Source: Escherichia coli (GTDB lineage Bacteria > Pseudomonadota > Gammaproteobacteria > Enterobacterales > Enterobacteriaceae). From it: a stretch of DNA of 64,000 nucleotides. Where the stretch lies: assembly GCF_003018255.1 (NCBI RefSeq), contig NZ_CP027440.1. One strand, given 5' to 3'. The translations under genes and the position numbers were made by a program. The notes below the pieces were generated by a model. That model saw only the letters and a list, made by a program, of their open reading frames with translations. It searched no databases and was not told the origin of the DNA. This document shows, piece by piece, positions 21,178 through 32,979 of the stretch. Numbering within the stretch: position 1 is the stretch's first letter; every line of letters begins with the position of its first letter.

Positions 21178-22296
21178 TTATTTTTCAACCTGCTGAACGT
21201 CAATTCGACGCGCTTCGTCCAGCTGACTGGCTTTCGCACGAATGCGCGCTTCCAGCTGATCGATCATATCGTTGTTGTCCAGACGGTCTTTGCGCACGCC
21301 ATCTTCATAGAGGCCGCTTTTCTTGTTGCCGCCGGTGACGCCGAGTGTAGAAACCAGCGCCTCACCAGGGCCATTCACCACGCAGCCGATAATCGAAACG
21401 TCCATCGGAGTGATGATATCTTCCAGGCGTTGCTCCAGCGCGTTAACCGTACCGATAACATCAAATTCCTGACGCGAACAGGTCGGGCAGGCGATGAAGT
21501 TGATCCCGCGCGAACGGATACGCAGCGATTTCAAAATATCGAAACCGACTTTGATCTCTTCGACCGGATCGGCCGCCAGCGATACGCGCAGCGTGTCGCC
21601 GATGCCTTCAGACAGCAGCAGACCTAAACCAATAGCGGATTTTACTGCCCCGCTACGCGCACCACCGGCTTCGGTGATCCCCAGATGCAGCGGCTGATCG
21701 ATTTGTTTTGCCAGCAAACGATAAGACTCAACAGCGAGGAAGACGTCAGACGCTTTCACGCTGACTTTGAACTGATCGAAGTTCAGGCGATCGAGATGAT
21801 CAACATGACGCATGGCAGATTCCAGCAACGCCTGCGGCGTCGGTTCGCCATACTTTTCTTGCAGATCTTTTTCCAACGATCCGGCATTAACGCCAATACG
21901 GATCGGAATGTTTTTATCGCGCGCACAGTCAACCACCATGCGAATACGCTCTTCATTACCGATATTGCCAGGGTTAATACGCAGACAATCGACGCCGTAT
22001 TCCGCTACTTTCAGCGCAATGCGATAGTCGAAGTGGATGTCAGCCACCAGCGGCACGTTAACCTGCTGTTTGATGAGTTTGAACGCTTCTGCCGCGTCCA
22101 TCGTCGGTACGGAGACACGGACGATATCAGCGCCAACACGTTCCAGCGCCTTGATTTGATTGACCGTTGCTTCGACGTCTGTCGTACGCGTATTGGTCAT
22201 GGACTGTACGGCGATGGGAGCACCATCGCCAATCGGCACATTCCCAACGTAAATACGTGTTGATTTTCTACGTTGAATTGGAGCCTGGTTATGCAT
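21178..22296 (-). CDS. ispG: 4-hydroxy-3-methylbut-2-enyl diphosphate synthase IspG (372 aa)
   Basis: Starts [36 protein letters not shown]. The [4Fe-4S] cysteines CPTC...C are in the C-terminal domain. Confidence 0.97.
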
Positions 22297-22322
22297 GAAA
22301 AATCTCCCGCGTTACCCGTCTG

Positions 22323-23330
22323 TTACTGCGCCGGTGGTTGTTCGGCATTGAGGGTCAGACGCGCAACCTGGTTAGTTCTGATAAAACGACTCAGATCGAC
22401 AGGTTTCCCTTGATACTGGATCTGTACTGCGGCTGGCGCACCAATTTTCAGTTTGTACGGTGCCTGGCCGGTTAAGTTCAAATTACCGTCTTTACGCTGC
22501 ATACCGCTAAACAGTTTTTTACCGGTAGCATCGGTGACTTCCAGCCAGCAATCGGCAGTAAAGTTCATCACCAGCGCATTCGGGTCAACCGCCGGCGTGG
22601 TCACGCCAGCCTGATCGGTTGGCAACGGCGCAGCGCCATCTGGTGTTGTTGTTGCCGCTGGTGCCGGAGTCGCAGCGGTATCAACATTTGCCTGCGAAGG
22701 TGGAACAACCGCATTCTGTTGCGGATCAACAGCTGGTGCTGGCGCAGTTACGGCAGGTGTTTGCGTGTTGGTTGCGGTGGTATCCACAGGTGATGTCGGC
22801 GTGGTCGCCATAGCCTGATCTGTGGTTGTCGACGTATCTAACGGTACACTCTGGCTTTGATTATTATTCAGTTCCGCAGAAGATTGATCGGCCATAGTGG
22901 TGATCTCTTCCTGCTGAGCTTTGTGGTCTTGCCACCACCAGGCACCGCTCAGGCCAATAACCACAAACAATACCAGCCAGGTGAAGGTCATCAGCCAGCC
23001 GTCACGTTTTTTGCGGCGTTTACCGAGGGAAAAACTCTGCATCGGCGCAACTTTTGCAGCCCGTAGTGGAGCCTGCTTTTCCAGCCCTGGCAGCAGTTCT
23101 TCTTCTGGAATATGTACCAGACGCGCATAAGAGCGGATATATCCGCGCAGGAATGTTGAAGCAAGATCGGCGGGTGCCTTATCTTCTTCAATGTCGCGTA
23201 CCGTGGAAACCTTCAGGCAAAGTCGCTCGGCAACGGCCTGTTGACTAAGTCCTAGTTGTTCGCGAGCATTACGCAGGCGAGCGCCGGTAGTAAGTGCTTC
23301 ATTTTGGTCGTGCGTGGCTTCAGTATTCAT
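22323..23330 (-). CDS. rodZ: cytoskeleton protein RodZ (335 aa)
   Basis: It has an N-terminal HTH ([23 protein letters not shown]), a single TM segment and a Thr/Pro/Ala-rich periplasmic linker. It lies upstream of ispG. Confidence 0.95.
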   Translation of the reverse strand: MNTEATHDQNEALTTGARLRNAREQLGLSQQAVAERLCLKVSTVRDIEEDKAPADLASTFLRGYIRSYARLVHIPEEELLPGLEKQAPLRAAKVAPMQSFSLGKRRKKRDGWLMTFTWLVLFVVIGLSGAWWWQDHKAQQEEITTMADQSSAELNNNQSQSVPLDTSTTTDQAMATTPTSPVDTTATNTQTPAVTAPAPAVDPQQNAVVPPSQANVDTAATPAPAATTTPDGAAPLPTDQAGVTTPAVDPNALVMNFTADCWLEVTDATGKKLFSGMQRKDGNLNLTGQAPYKLKIGAPAAVQIQYQGKPVDLSRFIRTNQVARLTLNAEQPPAQ

Positions 23331-23566
23331 TCGCTGCAGGTACGTTTAAATGAGAATTGAGATGCCGGTGAACCATCATGCCCACCCACACCGCGAAACA
23401 TCCGTTAAGTTAACCGTTATCATACAGTATAAGACCGTCTGTGTGCTCGTGACAAAGCCCACATTCACTAAGGCTAACTTACTGTTGCATCGTTACATAC
23501 TGCCTTAAAGTCAGCAAAAACGCACCGTTAATATTGACCAGACAATTGCAACTTAATACTTCATTC

Positions 23567-23608
23567 ATAAAAGATTACGCCACGGTACATAAAGTAACCG
23601 TGGCGTAA
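23567..23608 (-). terminator. rho-independent terminator after rlmN
   Basis: Perfect 12-bp stem ttacgccacggt/accgtggcgtaa (23575-23586 / 23597-23608), followed on the - strand by TCTTTTAT. Confidence 0.75.
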
Positions 23609-23614
23609 TGGCTA

Positions 23615-24769
23615 TCAGACCGCTTTAATGTCGATGGCTTCACCCTGCATCCGTTTACGCAGGGTACGTTTCGTACGGTCGATAACATCGCCCGCCAACT
23701 GACCACAGGCAGCATCAATGTCATCACCACGCGTTTTACGCACAATAGTGGTGAAACCGTAGCTCATCAGCACTTTTGAGAAACGGTCGATACGGCTGTT
23801 CGAACTGCGTCCATACGGCGCGCCCGGGAACGGGTTCCACGGGATCAGGTTGATCTTACACGGTGTATCTTTCAGTAGTTCCGCCAGTTGGTGCGCGTGT
23901 TCAGTGCCGTCGTTAACGTGATCAAGCATCACGTATTCAATAGTAACTCGGCCCTGATTGGCGTTGGATTTCTCCAGATAACGGCGCACCGCCGCAAGGA
24001 ACGTTTCGATATTGTACTTTTTGTTGATCGGCACAATCTCGTCACGAATTTCGTCGTTCGGCGCGTGCAGGGAAATTGCCAGCGCTACGTCGATCATATC
24101 GCCCAGTTTATCCAGCGCCGGAACCACACCGGAAGTGGAAAGCGTGACGCGACGTTTTGACAGGCCAAAACCGAAATCATCAAGCATGATTTCCATCGCC
24201 GGAACGACGTTGTTCAGGTTGAGCAGCGGCTCGCCCATACCCATCATCACTACGTTAGTGATTGGGCGCTGACCGGTGACTTTTGCTGCGCCGACAATTT
24301 TCGCCGCACGCCACACCTGGCCGATAATTTCCGATACCCGCAGGTTGCGGTTAAAGCCCTGCTGGGCGGTGGAACAGAATTTACACTCCAGCGCACACCC
24401 CACCTGCGAAGAGACGCAGAGCGTGGCACGGTCGTCTTCCGGGATATATACCGTTTCAACGCGCTGATCGCCAACGGCGATCGCCCATTTAATGGTGCCG
24501 TCAGATGAACGCTGTTCTTCAACCACTTCCGGTGCACGGATTTCCGCCACCTCTTTCAGTTTGCCGCGCAACACTTTATTGATGTCGGTCATCTCATCAA
24601 AGTTGTCGCAGCAATAGTGATACATCCACTTCATCACCTGATCGGCGCGGAAGGGTTTTTCACCTAAATCTTTAAAAAACTCCCGCATCTGCTGACGGTT
24701 GAGATCCAGCAGGTTGATTTTTCCATCTTTCGTGGTGACGTTTTCAGGTGTGACTAATTGTTCAGACAT
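23615..24769 (-). CDS. rlmN: radical SAM rRNA/tRNA adenine-C2 methyltransferase RlmN (384 aa)
   Basis: Starts [32 protein letters not shown]. It carries the radical-SAM CALECKFC (CxxxCxxC) motif. Confidence 0.96.
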
Positions 24770-24816
24770 ATGCTATTCCGGCCTCGTTATTACACGTTAT
24801 GGCCCCTGGAGGGTTG

Positions 24817-24858
24817 AAAAAAGAAACGCCCCGGTGAGCGGCTGCTCGTCCGGGGGCG
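24817..24858 (-). terminator. rho-independent terminator after ndk
   Basis: On the - strand: gcgcccccgg...ccggggcg stem (one bulge), followed by TTTCTTTTTT. Confidence 0.75.
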
Positions 24859-24918
24859 CTGCATTGTACAAATTCTGGCGCACGGATGCCACGTTTGCAC
24901 GCGGCATTTACGAAATTA

Positions 24919-25350
24919 TTAACGGGTGCGCGGGCACACTTCGCCTTCGCCGAAGAAATAAGCGATTTCGCGAGCGGCAGATTCGACGGAATCAGAACCG
25001 TGGGTACCATTTTCGGTCAGGCTGTCAGCGTAATCAGCACGCAGAGTACCGGCCAGTGCGTTTGCCGGATTGGTCGCGCCCAGCAGATCGCGGTGACGCT
25101 GAACAGCATTTTCACCTTCCAGCACGGAAACAACGATCGGGCCAGAAGTCATGAATTCAACCAGACCATCAAAGAACGGTTTTCCATCGTGTTCAGCATA
25201 AAAGCCACGAGCCTGTTCAACGGTCAGGTGCAGCATTTTGGTGCCGACAATTTTGAACCCTGCAGCTTCAAAGCGCGCAAAGATACTACCAATCACGTTT
25301 TTTGCTACCGCGTTCGGTTTGATGATGGAAAAAGTACGTTCAATAGCCAT
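24919..25350 (-). CDS. ndk: nucleoside diphosphate kinase (143 aa)
   Basis: Starts [36 protein letters not shown]. The active-site NGTHGSD motif is present. Confidence 0.97.
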
Positions 25351-25498
25351 TTTTACCTCTGTAAATTGTTCTGTTGTTGTCTGTACCAGCGTACGAGATG
25401 GCGCGGATTATAATGAGCAACAGGGCCGTTGACTATTGATGAAGGTAACATTTTTTTAAAATAAACCCAGTTTAAGCAACAATCAGGGACAAAACAGA

Positions 25499-27811
25499 CT
25501 ATTGCATGACAAATTTCACTGTCGCTATTTGCCCCACGTCATCCATCACCAGCAATTGATAATCGCCTTTATCCGTCAAATGCAGGGTCACGTTGCGCCC
25601 ACGTTCAGTTAACGGTTCGCCATTCAGAAACCACCAGCGTTCACCTGCCCCTCCACTTGATTGCAACGGCAAAGTCGCTTCCGCTGCGCCCGGTAAACGT
25701 TTAATAATCGCGCCATCGCGCACACCTGTTAGCTGCAGCGGGAGTTGTGCATCGTGACCGTATGGCGGGCAAATTGTCGAGGCCGGTGGCAAGCGCACAG
25801 CGCGACGTTCTGATGCGGGCAGCCAGGGTTCCAGCGGTAGCGGCCAGACATTTATCATTTCTTGTCGCGCCTGAGGGCAATCAGCGGCAACACGTTTGCC
25901 GTTTTCATCCAGCCAGATGGGGAAACGAATGCCATTAATGCCTTCCTGCTCCGGCAGTAATAGAGTTGGCGGCTGGCTCCCGTCCAGCAGCCAGGTTGCC
26001 AGGCGGCGGCGACAGTTACCGTCACCTTCCGGCAAAGACTGTCCGCCCGGCCAGCAGATAACGCCACGACTTACAGAGTCAGGACGTGGGTCTTCCGGCA
26101 AATTCACACTGCGCGACAGTAAGATATTATTAACCTGATTCAACAGCGGTACGGCACTGGCAAAGCCAAACTGACCAACAACGGGCGTGCCGTCCGGTCT
26201 GCCAGTCCAGATCCCAATGACATAGCGAGCGTTAACCCCAATCGCCCAGGCATCACGATAGCCATAGCTGGTGCCCGTTTTCCATGCCAGTGGGGCGACG
26301 CGCGGCAAGGCACCATCCGGCAAGGGTTGCGCTTCATCAGCCATAATCCGGCGAATGATCCACGCAGCCCCCGACGACATTAAAGGCCGTTCAAGCAGCG
26401 GATCGTCAGGCTGTAAGCGCAATTTGCCTGCCTTGCCGTGGCGAGCAAACGCGGTATACGCTGCCGCCATATCTTCCAGTTTTGCGCCAGCGCCGCCGAG
26501 AATGAGCGAAAGATTCGGTGCAGCACCGTTGGGCAAATACAACGGCAATCCAACATTGCGTAACTTTGCCGCAAACCGTTTCGGTCCATAGGATTCCAGC
26601 ACCTGCACAGCAGGTAAGTTCAGCGATCGCACCAGCGCCTCACTCATGCTGATCGGGCCATGAAAACCGCTGTCAAAGTTGCCAGGTCGGTAATCACCGG
26701 TGCGTCGGGGGACGTCTTGCAACAGCGATGCCGGGTGGATCAAGCCTTCATCCAGCGCCAGACCATAAACAAACGGTTTGAGCACCGATCCTGGCGATCG
26801 GATCGCATTGACCATATCAACATGACCAAAGCGTGAATCATCGTTGAGATCAACTGATCCCACCCAGCCGCGAACACGCATATCGGTATGATCAACCACG
26901 ATCATCGCCAGTGAGCTGCGCGGTGGCAATCGTCCTTTCCAGTTTTGCGCCAGTTCTTCCAGACGTCGTTGAAGACCGGCATCCAGCGTAGTAACGATTT
27001 TGTCGCTTTTGCTTTTACCGAGCATCATGCGCGAAAACAGCGGTGCCAGTTGCGGCATTTGTCGGGGTGCCAGCCAGATGGGTTCTTCCCTTGACTCTTT
27101 TACCCGCTCACGGGACCACACACCTTGCACGGCCATCCGTTCGAGCACTTTATTACGCGCGGCTTCGGCACGCTCCGGCCAACGATCCGGGCGAAGACGG
27201 CTGGGCGCTTGCGGCAACACCGCCAGCATTGCCGCCTCGGAATAGCTTAAATTCGCGGGCGATTTCCCGAGGTAAGCCCAACTTGCCGCACCAATCCCCT
27301 GCAACGTACCGCCAAACGGGGCACGGTTAAGATACAAGGTCAGAATTTCACGCTTAGACAGATGCCATTCCAGTTGCAACGCGCGCCAGAGCTGGCGAAT
27401 TTTGCCGCCAAACGTTTTGGGATGAGGATCAAGCAGGCGCGCCACCTGCATGGTGAGCGTGCTGCCGCCGGAAATGACCCGACCCGACGTGAGATCTTGC
27501 CAGGCTGCACGCGCCACCGAGAACGGATTCACCCCCGGATGCATCCAGAACCAGCGATCTTCATAATTGATCAGCGCTTCAAGGTAACGTGGAGAAACAT
27601 CTTCGATTGTTACCGGATAACGCCAGATACCGTCAGCATCGGCGAAACGCCAGAGTGGCGTACCATCCTGCGCCACCACCACGCGTGCAGGATTCACTTC
27701 TTGCAATGGCAGAGGCCAGAGTTTATCTGCTGCCCATGCTGCCAGAATGATGATAAAAGGCGCGGCTGCCAGCATTATCCAGCAGCCGCGTTTGGTTAAC
27801 AGGCGAGGCAT
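25499..27811 (-). CDS. pbpC: penicillin-binding protein 1C, glycosyltransferase/transpeptidase (770 aa)
   Basis: It has GT51 motifs (EDRWFWMHPGVNP, GGSTLTMQ) and a transpeptidase SxxK region. Its ATG directly abuts the yfhM stop (TAAATG). Confidence 0.95.
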   Translation of the reverse strand: MPRLLTKRGCWIMLAAAPFIIILAAWAADKLWPLPLQEVNPARVVVAQDGTPLWRFADADGIWRYPVTIEDVSPRYLEALINYEDRWFWMHPGVNPFSVARAAWQDLTSGRVISGGSTLTMQVARLLDPHPKTFGGKIRQLWRALQLEWHLSKREILTLYLNRAPFGGTLQGIGAASWAYLGKSPANLSYSEAAMLAVLPQAPSRLRPDRWPERAEAARNKVLERMAVQGVWSRERVKESREEPIWLAPRQMPQLAPLFSRMMLGKSKSDKIVTTLDAGLQRRLEELAQNWKGRLPPRSSLAMIVVDHTDMRVRGWVGSVDLNDDSRFGHVDMVNAIRSPGSVLKPFVYGLALDEGLIHPASLLQDVPRRTGDYRPGNFDSGFHGPISMSEALVRSLNLPAVQVLESYGPKRFAAKLRNVGLPLYLPNGAAPNLSLILGGAGAKLEDMAAAYTAFARHGKAGKLRLQPDDPLLERPLMSSGAAWIIRRIMADEAQPLPDGALPRVAPLAWKTGTSYGYRDAWAIGVNARYVIGIWTGRPDGTPVVGQFGFASAVPLLNQVNNILLSRSVNLPEDPRPDSVSRGVICWPGGQSLPEGDGNCRRRLATWLLDGSQPPTLLLPEQEGINGIRFPIWLDENGKRVAADCPQARQEMINVWPLPLEPWLPASERRAVRLPPASTICPPYGHDAQLPLQLTGVRDGAIIKRLPGAAEATLPLQSSGGAGERWWFLNGEPLTERGRNVTLHLTDKGDYQLLVMDDVGQIATVKFVMQ

Positions 27812-30800
27812 TTACGGTCTGACTATCAACAGATCGTCAGCCGCACCAGTCGCCCGCCATTGAGGAACATACATTGATTCCACCATAGGCTGCGGCACCT
27901 GATACGTTCCCGGCGTCACCGCCCGCGCCAGATACACCAGCGTTACCGGTTGATATTCATCAACGGCAACCGCCGCCACAAAGCGATCGTCACGGAACTC
28001 TATGTGCTTAATGCTCGCCTGCTGCATCTGGTTCAGCAAGTTCTGCACTTCACCACCACTTTGCTCCAGGCTGGCGCTGCCGTTCGCCAGATTCTGGTTT
28101 TCCAGTTCCAGCCCCGCAGGCAACAGATCCACGACTAACGCATCCGGTACACTGTTACTGGCTTTAACCTGCAACCACACCAGCACCAGATCGCCGCTAC
28201 GTAACGAGTCCAGCGATTTGCTCTTACCGTCAGTACCCAGAATATGACGCTCAATTTGCAGCACATTGCTCGCCGGTAAAGGTGCGGATTGCGGATAACC
28301 GCTGGCATCCACACGCAGCCATAACGGCTGATCGCCACTGTTGGTCACCTGCAAGGTGGCAAGTTGATCGCTATTCAGATTGCTGGTTTGCGCTTTCTCG
28401 CCTGTCAACGGCTCAGCAGAGAAAGTGGTTTGCGCCTGCCATTTGCCCGGTAAATCCTGAAGAGTACGGGCAGCCAGGAACAACGCGTTACTTTCCTGCG
28501 TCGATAGCCAGCGTTCACCGAACGCCTGCTGCGAAAGTGTGTTTAACAGGGAGTACTGCTCATCGGGTAGCAGTTTGTTCTCTTCCAGCAATGAGAGCAT
28601 CAACGCGCTGTCTCGCAGTGGACTACCGTAATCACCCAGCCATATCCGCTCATCACTATTACGCGGCGTTTTCAGCGCCAGCGCAATCGCTTCTTCACCA
28701 CGCGTCGCATCACCCATGATTTTCAGCGCAACGCCAAGTTGCAGCAGCGGTAAACCAGAAGCGGCATCTGCACGATGCTCCCAGATTTCACGCAGCGCAC
28801 CCAGTGGTGCTTTTTGCTGACGGGCCAACACCAGCGCAGCGTAAGACTGTACGGCGAATTTACTGGCTTTGAGATTATCAGCGTACGGGATCGACATCAT
28901 GCCCGGATCTTGTAAATAGCGCAGCAGACGCTCATTACCCCGGTTAATGGCGTCTGTCGGTACGCTGTAACCCTGTTCGCCTGCGCGGACCAGGAAATCC
29001 ATCACGTAAGCCGTCAGCCAGTACTCTTCGTCACCGTTTTTATCCCACAGCGTAAAGCCGCCGTTATCACGTTGCATTTGCAGCAAACGGGAAATGCCGA
29101 TATCGACCGATGCACGGCGTTTCTCATCACTGTCGCCTTTGATGCCCAACGCCTGCAGTTGGGCTGCATTGGTATAAAGTGACGGGAACAGGCCGCTGGT
29201 GGTTTGCTCGAGACAGCCGTACGGATACGCTTTTAACTCTTTGATATAACGTGCGATGTTCAGCGGTGGTTTGCCGCTCAACAACAATTGCCCTTCCAGC
29301 GTAACAGGCGAGAAGTTTTGCAATCCATCAGCCGGGAGCGCCCAGGTTTCACCAGGCTGTAACGCCGTACCGTAATTGACCGTTTGTGCCGGGAATGCCG
29401 GACGGACGCCGATTTTCCACTGCTTATGCTGATCGGCAACGGTTTCCCCGGGTAACGCTAACCCGCTAATGGTGGCCTGAATGTCTCCATCGCCATAACC
29501 CGGCAATGCACGCACCGGGATAAACAGCGTAGTACGCACCCCTGGCGCTAATTCAACAGGTGCGGGGGAATTACTCACCAGTTCAAGCAAGCCACTGGCG
29601 GTCAGAGCAACATTAAGTTTTTGCGGTTTATCGGTAAGATTAGTGATATCCAGCGTCAGGCGCGAGGTATCGCCACTCGCCATAAAGCGTGGCATGTTCA
29701 GTTCAGCAATCACCGGTGCAGCAACAATCACTTTGCTTTCGTTGCTTCCGAAGTCATCTGCCGTCCAGGCTTGCGCCATGACGCGCAATTCACCGTTAAA
29801 ATCGCCAATTGGCAGTGTAACCGAGCCTTCGCCCTGTTCGTTGAGCGTTACCGGCAGCGCCTGCTGCGCGACAATATTGACGTGATTGACCGGCGGTTTA
29901 CCACCACGTTTCAGCTCATCACCATCACCACCAAAACGCAGAGCTGCCAGACGCCCCTGACCTTCAATGACCTGACCGTAAATATCGTAAATGTCTGCGC
30001 CATAGCGTTTCTGACCAAAGAACGCCTGCCACGGATCTGGCGTGACGTAATCAGTAATATTCAGCACACCGCTATCAACGGCAGACACCAGCACATTCAC
30101 CTGTTTTGGCATCTCACCATTTTTATTGCTGGCTTTAATTTTCACGGTTAATGGCTGATTGGGGCGCATTTTGGTAGGGGTTTCCAGCGCCAGATCGAGG
30201 CGACGGTTTTCATCACCAAGCGGCAGATGCAACACCCCAACCGCGCGTTTTGGCGTCGCGGAGCGAGATTTATCGCCAGGACGTACCACCAGCGTACTTA
30301 AATACAGATCATGACGATTCCAGGTTTTATCGACCGGAATCGTCAGATCCAGCCCTTGAGCCGGAACATCAATCTCTTGCCACCACAGCGGCCCTTCACT
30401 GGACTCGACCATCGCATAACCTTTACCCGCCGTTGGCGCGGCAATATGCAACTTAATGGTATCGCCAGGGCGATAGCTGGCTTTATCCAGTTTCAGCGTG
30501 ACACGGTCGGGTCGCACTGCACCACCCCCGTCGCTGTTATCCTGCCAGCTATAACCAGCCCAGAAACGCACACTACTGACCGCTTCATTCGGCGCTTTAA
30601 CTTCCAGACGATAAGCGCCCCACTCTACCGGGAAACTGACCTTACCGGTTTCGTCCGCTTTCAGATCCAGAGTTTGTTCATTTTCGATCAGATCTTTTTG
30701 ATCAAACTGTGACTGCCAGCCTTCATATTCCGACCAGTTCCAGTAGTAATCGCGGCGTTCGCGAATCAGGCGCACCTGCAAGCCCGACACGGCTTTTTTC

Positions 30801-32773
30801 ACGCCTTGCGCATCGCTATAAACGATGTCAAAAGCGGCGTTACTGCCTTCATCAACAATGGGCTGTTTCACCGTGCTGTCGGTGCGATAATCGTAAACCG
30901 ATTTCGAGGCGAACTGCGGACGGATCCCCGGCAATGCATCGGCAGGCCAGATAGCCTGCTCAGCACGGCGCGTCACCGGGCGACCGCCCGATTCCAGCAA
31001 ACTACCCTGGAAAATAACCTGTAATGGGGAATGCGTTTCCTTCCACTGGCTTTCTGTAGAAACTTCGCCGCGCCCTTTATCATCCAGCGTCAACTGAACT
31101 TCATCCAGCGTGCGGGAAAGATTTTCGGCAGCTATATCGCCGAATTCAAAACCAGGTAAGGCTGATACAGCTTCACGCAGTGGGCGCAGGAAAAGTTGCC
31201 CTTGCAAAGTATTACCATTAGCAGGTGCGCCATACAGGTAGTACCCCACCACGGAGAATTTCACTTCATCTTTCGGCGTTAGCGGGGTTTTCTCACCGGT
31301 CAGATTCAGCGCCATACGCTCTGGCATAAAATCTTCGACGTGGAAATCCCACATCCGATACTGGTTATCGCCCGTGTTAGCGCGAATATGCCACATACCG
31401 GTTGCCGCATTGCTATCGAGTGGCCAGGTAAAGTGGTAGAGGCCATTCTCCGGCTGACTAACGACGCTCCTGAGTACCTGCCCGTCGGGTTTAATCACGT
31501 CCAGCTTGACAGGTTGATCGGGCAACGCTTTACCGTCTGCATCACGCAGCAAACCATTGAGGATGACCGTTTCACCCGGGCGATAAAGATCGCGCGGGCC
31601 AAACATGAAAAACTGTTTGCTATAGCCCGGCGCGCCAGCAATGTTAAATTCCGCTAAGTCCAGCGCCGGGAGTTTTAAATCGAGCAGCGTTGTCTGACCG
31701 TTTTTACGCGCCAGCAGTAATGCCGCGTTTTTATCATTTTCCAGCTGCACATGCCCTTGAGCGTCACTGCTTGCCTGAGTCAGAGTCTGCCCTTTCTCAT
31801 TTAATAAAGAGACTTCAATTCCTTGCTGGGCCGCGCCGTTTTCCAGACTTTGGGTAAAGATATCCAGACGATTGTGATAACGGTGAGCTGAAACGCCAAT
31901 ATCACTTAACGTAAACAGCGTCGCGGGATTACTGTAATCGTAACGTCCAGCCTGATTCATCACAGCCAGATACACGCCCGCCTGCTGAAGCGGTTTGATA
32001 TCGCCCAGCGGCAGCAATAATTTTTCACGGGTGTTACGCGCAGGATTGAGATCAAACCGTCCGGTGTAGACCAGATCCGCCATCTGCAGCAGTTTATCTG
32101 ACTGCCAGTTCGCCAGCGAATTGCGGTATTCCCACTGGCTAATGAAAGCGGGCAGTGATTCTGGTTTCACACGGAAGAAGTTAACATCGACATTGTTAAC
32201 GTTAAGCGCCATTACCGGCAGCCCTTCAACGACCTTACCAGGAAGCAACGAACCACGACTGGCAAAACCGACGCTGGGTTGGATATCGCGGGTAGTTATA
32301 GTTTTTTCGTCATCTTTACTAAAGGTTGCGTTATTGAGCGCTTTGACCTCCTTGCCAATAGTGACGATCAAATCACGTTTCGGTTCGAGGTGGCGTAAAC
32401 GCAGCTCTTTAAGATTATCTGACAGCTCCCAGGCACCATCCACTTTGCCGCTTTTTTTATCGACGACATGAATAACGCGTGAGAAATCCTGATCCGGGTC
32501 GAGAGGGATGGAGAACGTCAGCACCAGCGTGGCTGCGCCATCGAGTTGAACTTCAGAGAGATCCAGCAATGTCAGCGCCTTACCGGCACTCTGTTGGGCC
32601 AGTTTTTGTCGCTCCGGCGCGGAAAGTTTTGCTGAACTCACGTTTTCTGAAGAGGCCGCTTTAGTAACTTCAGAAGGCGCATCTTTTTTCACCGCTGTTG
32701 GCGCGTTATCGTTGTTGTCGCACCCTGCCAGCGCCAGCATTAGCATGCAGGCGGCTACGCGTAACTTTTTCAT
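27812..32773 (-). CDS. yfhM: bacterial alpha-2-macroglobulin family lipoprotein (1653 aa)
   Basis: Lipobox LALAGC within MKKLRVAACMLMLALAGC. The thioester motif CLEQ is present (YPYGCLEQTTSG). Length and sequence match E. coli YfhM. Confidence 0.95.
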   Translation of the reverse strand: MKKLRVAACMLMLALAGCDNNDNAPTAVKKDAPSEVTKAASSENVSSAKLSAPERQKLAQQSAGKALTLLDLSEVQLDGAATLVLTFSIPLDPDQDFSRVIHVVDKKSGKVDGAWELSDNLKELRLRHLEPKRDLIVTIGKEVKALNNATFSKDDEKTITTRDIQPSVGFASRGSLLPGKVVEGLPVMALNVNNVDVNFFRVKPESLPAFISQWEYRNSLANWQSDKLLQMADLVYTGRFDLNPARNTREKLLLPLGDIKPLQQAGVYLAVMNQAGRYDYSNPATLFTLSDIGVSAHRYHNRLDIFTQSLENGAAQQGIEVSLLNEKGQTLTQASSDAQGHVQLENDKNAALLLARKNGQTTLLDLKLPALDLAEFNIAGAPGYSKQFFMFGPRDLYRPGETVILNGLLRDADGKALPDQPVKLDVIKPDGQVLRSVVSQPENGLYHFTWPLDSNAATGMWHIRANTGDNQYRMWDFHVEDFMPERMALNLTGEKTPLTPKDEVKFSVVGYYLYGAPANGNTLQGQLFLRPLREAVSALPGFEFGDIAAENLSRTLDEVQLTLDDKGRGEVSTESQWKETHSPLQVIFQGSLLESGGRPVTRRAEQAIWPADALPGIRPQFASKSVYDYRTDSTVKQPIVDEGSNAAFDIVYSDAQGVKKAVSGLQVRLIRERRDYYWNWSEYEGWQSQFDQKDLIENEQTLDLKADETGKVSFPVEWGAYRLEVKAPNEAVSSVRFWAGYSWQDNSDGGGAVRPDRVTLKLDKASYRPGDTIKLHIAAPTAGKGYAMVESSEGPLWWQEIDVPAQGLDLTIPVDKTWNRHDLYLSTLVVRPGDKSRSATPKRAVGVLHLPLGDENRRLDLALETPTKMRPNQPLTVKIKASNKNGEMPKQVNVLVSAVDSGVLNITDYVTPDPWQAFFGQKRYGADIYDIYGQVIEGQGRLAALRFGGDGDELKRGGKPPVNHVNIVAQQALPVTLNEQGEGSVTLPIGDFNGELRVMAQAWTADDFGSNESKVIVAAPVIAELNMPRFMASGDTSRLTLDITNLTDKPQKLNVALTASGLLELVSNSPAPVELAPGVRTTLFIPVRALPGYGDGDIQATISGLALPGETVADQHKQWKIGVRPAFPAQTVNYGTALQPGETWALPADGLQNFSPVTLEGQLLLSGKPPLNIARYIKELKAYPYGCLEQTTSGLFPSLYTNAAQLQALGIKGDSDEKRRASVDIGISRLLQMQRDNGGFTLWDKNGDEEYWLTAYVMDFLVRAGEQGYSVPTDAINRGNERLLRYLQDPGMMSIPYADNLKASKFAVQSYAALVLARQQKAPLGALREIWEHRADAASGLPLLQLGVALKIMGDATRGEEAIALALKTPRNSDERIWLGDYGSPLRDSALMLSLLEENKLLPDEQYSLLNTLSQQAFGERWLSTQESNALFLAARTLQDLPGKWQAQTTFSAEPLTGEKAQTSNLNSDQLATLQVTNSGDQPLWLRVDASGYPQSAPLPASNVLQIERHILGTDGKSKSLDSLRSGDLVLVWLQVKASNSVPDALVVDLLPAGLELENQNLANGSASLEQSGGEVQNLLNQMQQASIKHIEFRDDRFVAAVAVDEYQPVTLVYLARAVTPGTYQVPQPMVESMYVPQWRATGAADDLLIVRP

Positions 32774-32979
32774 TTTTCATCCCTGCCACAATGGCCCGTT
32801 AGCAACGTCGAATAATTATTATGCGTGAGAATTTACGTTATGTAATTCAGTATCACGCCCATACAATCCGAATTTTAGTGAGAATTGTGGCTCAGACAGC
32901 CAAATCAGCCTCTTTTGCTTGTCGCTTTTCACTAAACATCCGACAATTTAGCCTAACCCCGGCAAAAATGGAGATGCCT

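Noticed and set aside
23331-23614. 284-bp rlmN-rodZ spacer examined for a hidden small gene or sRNA
   Set aside because: Apart from the rlmN terminator, only a 19-codon ORF overlaps the rodZ start out of frame. No promoter-terminator pair was convincing.
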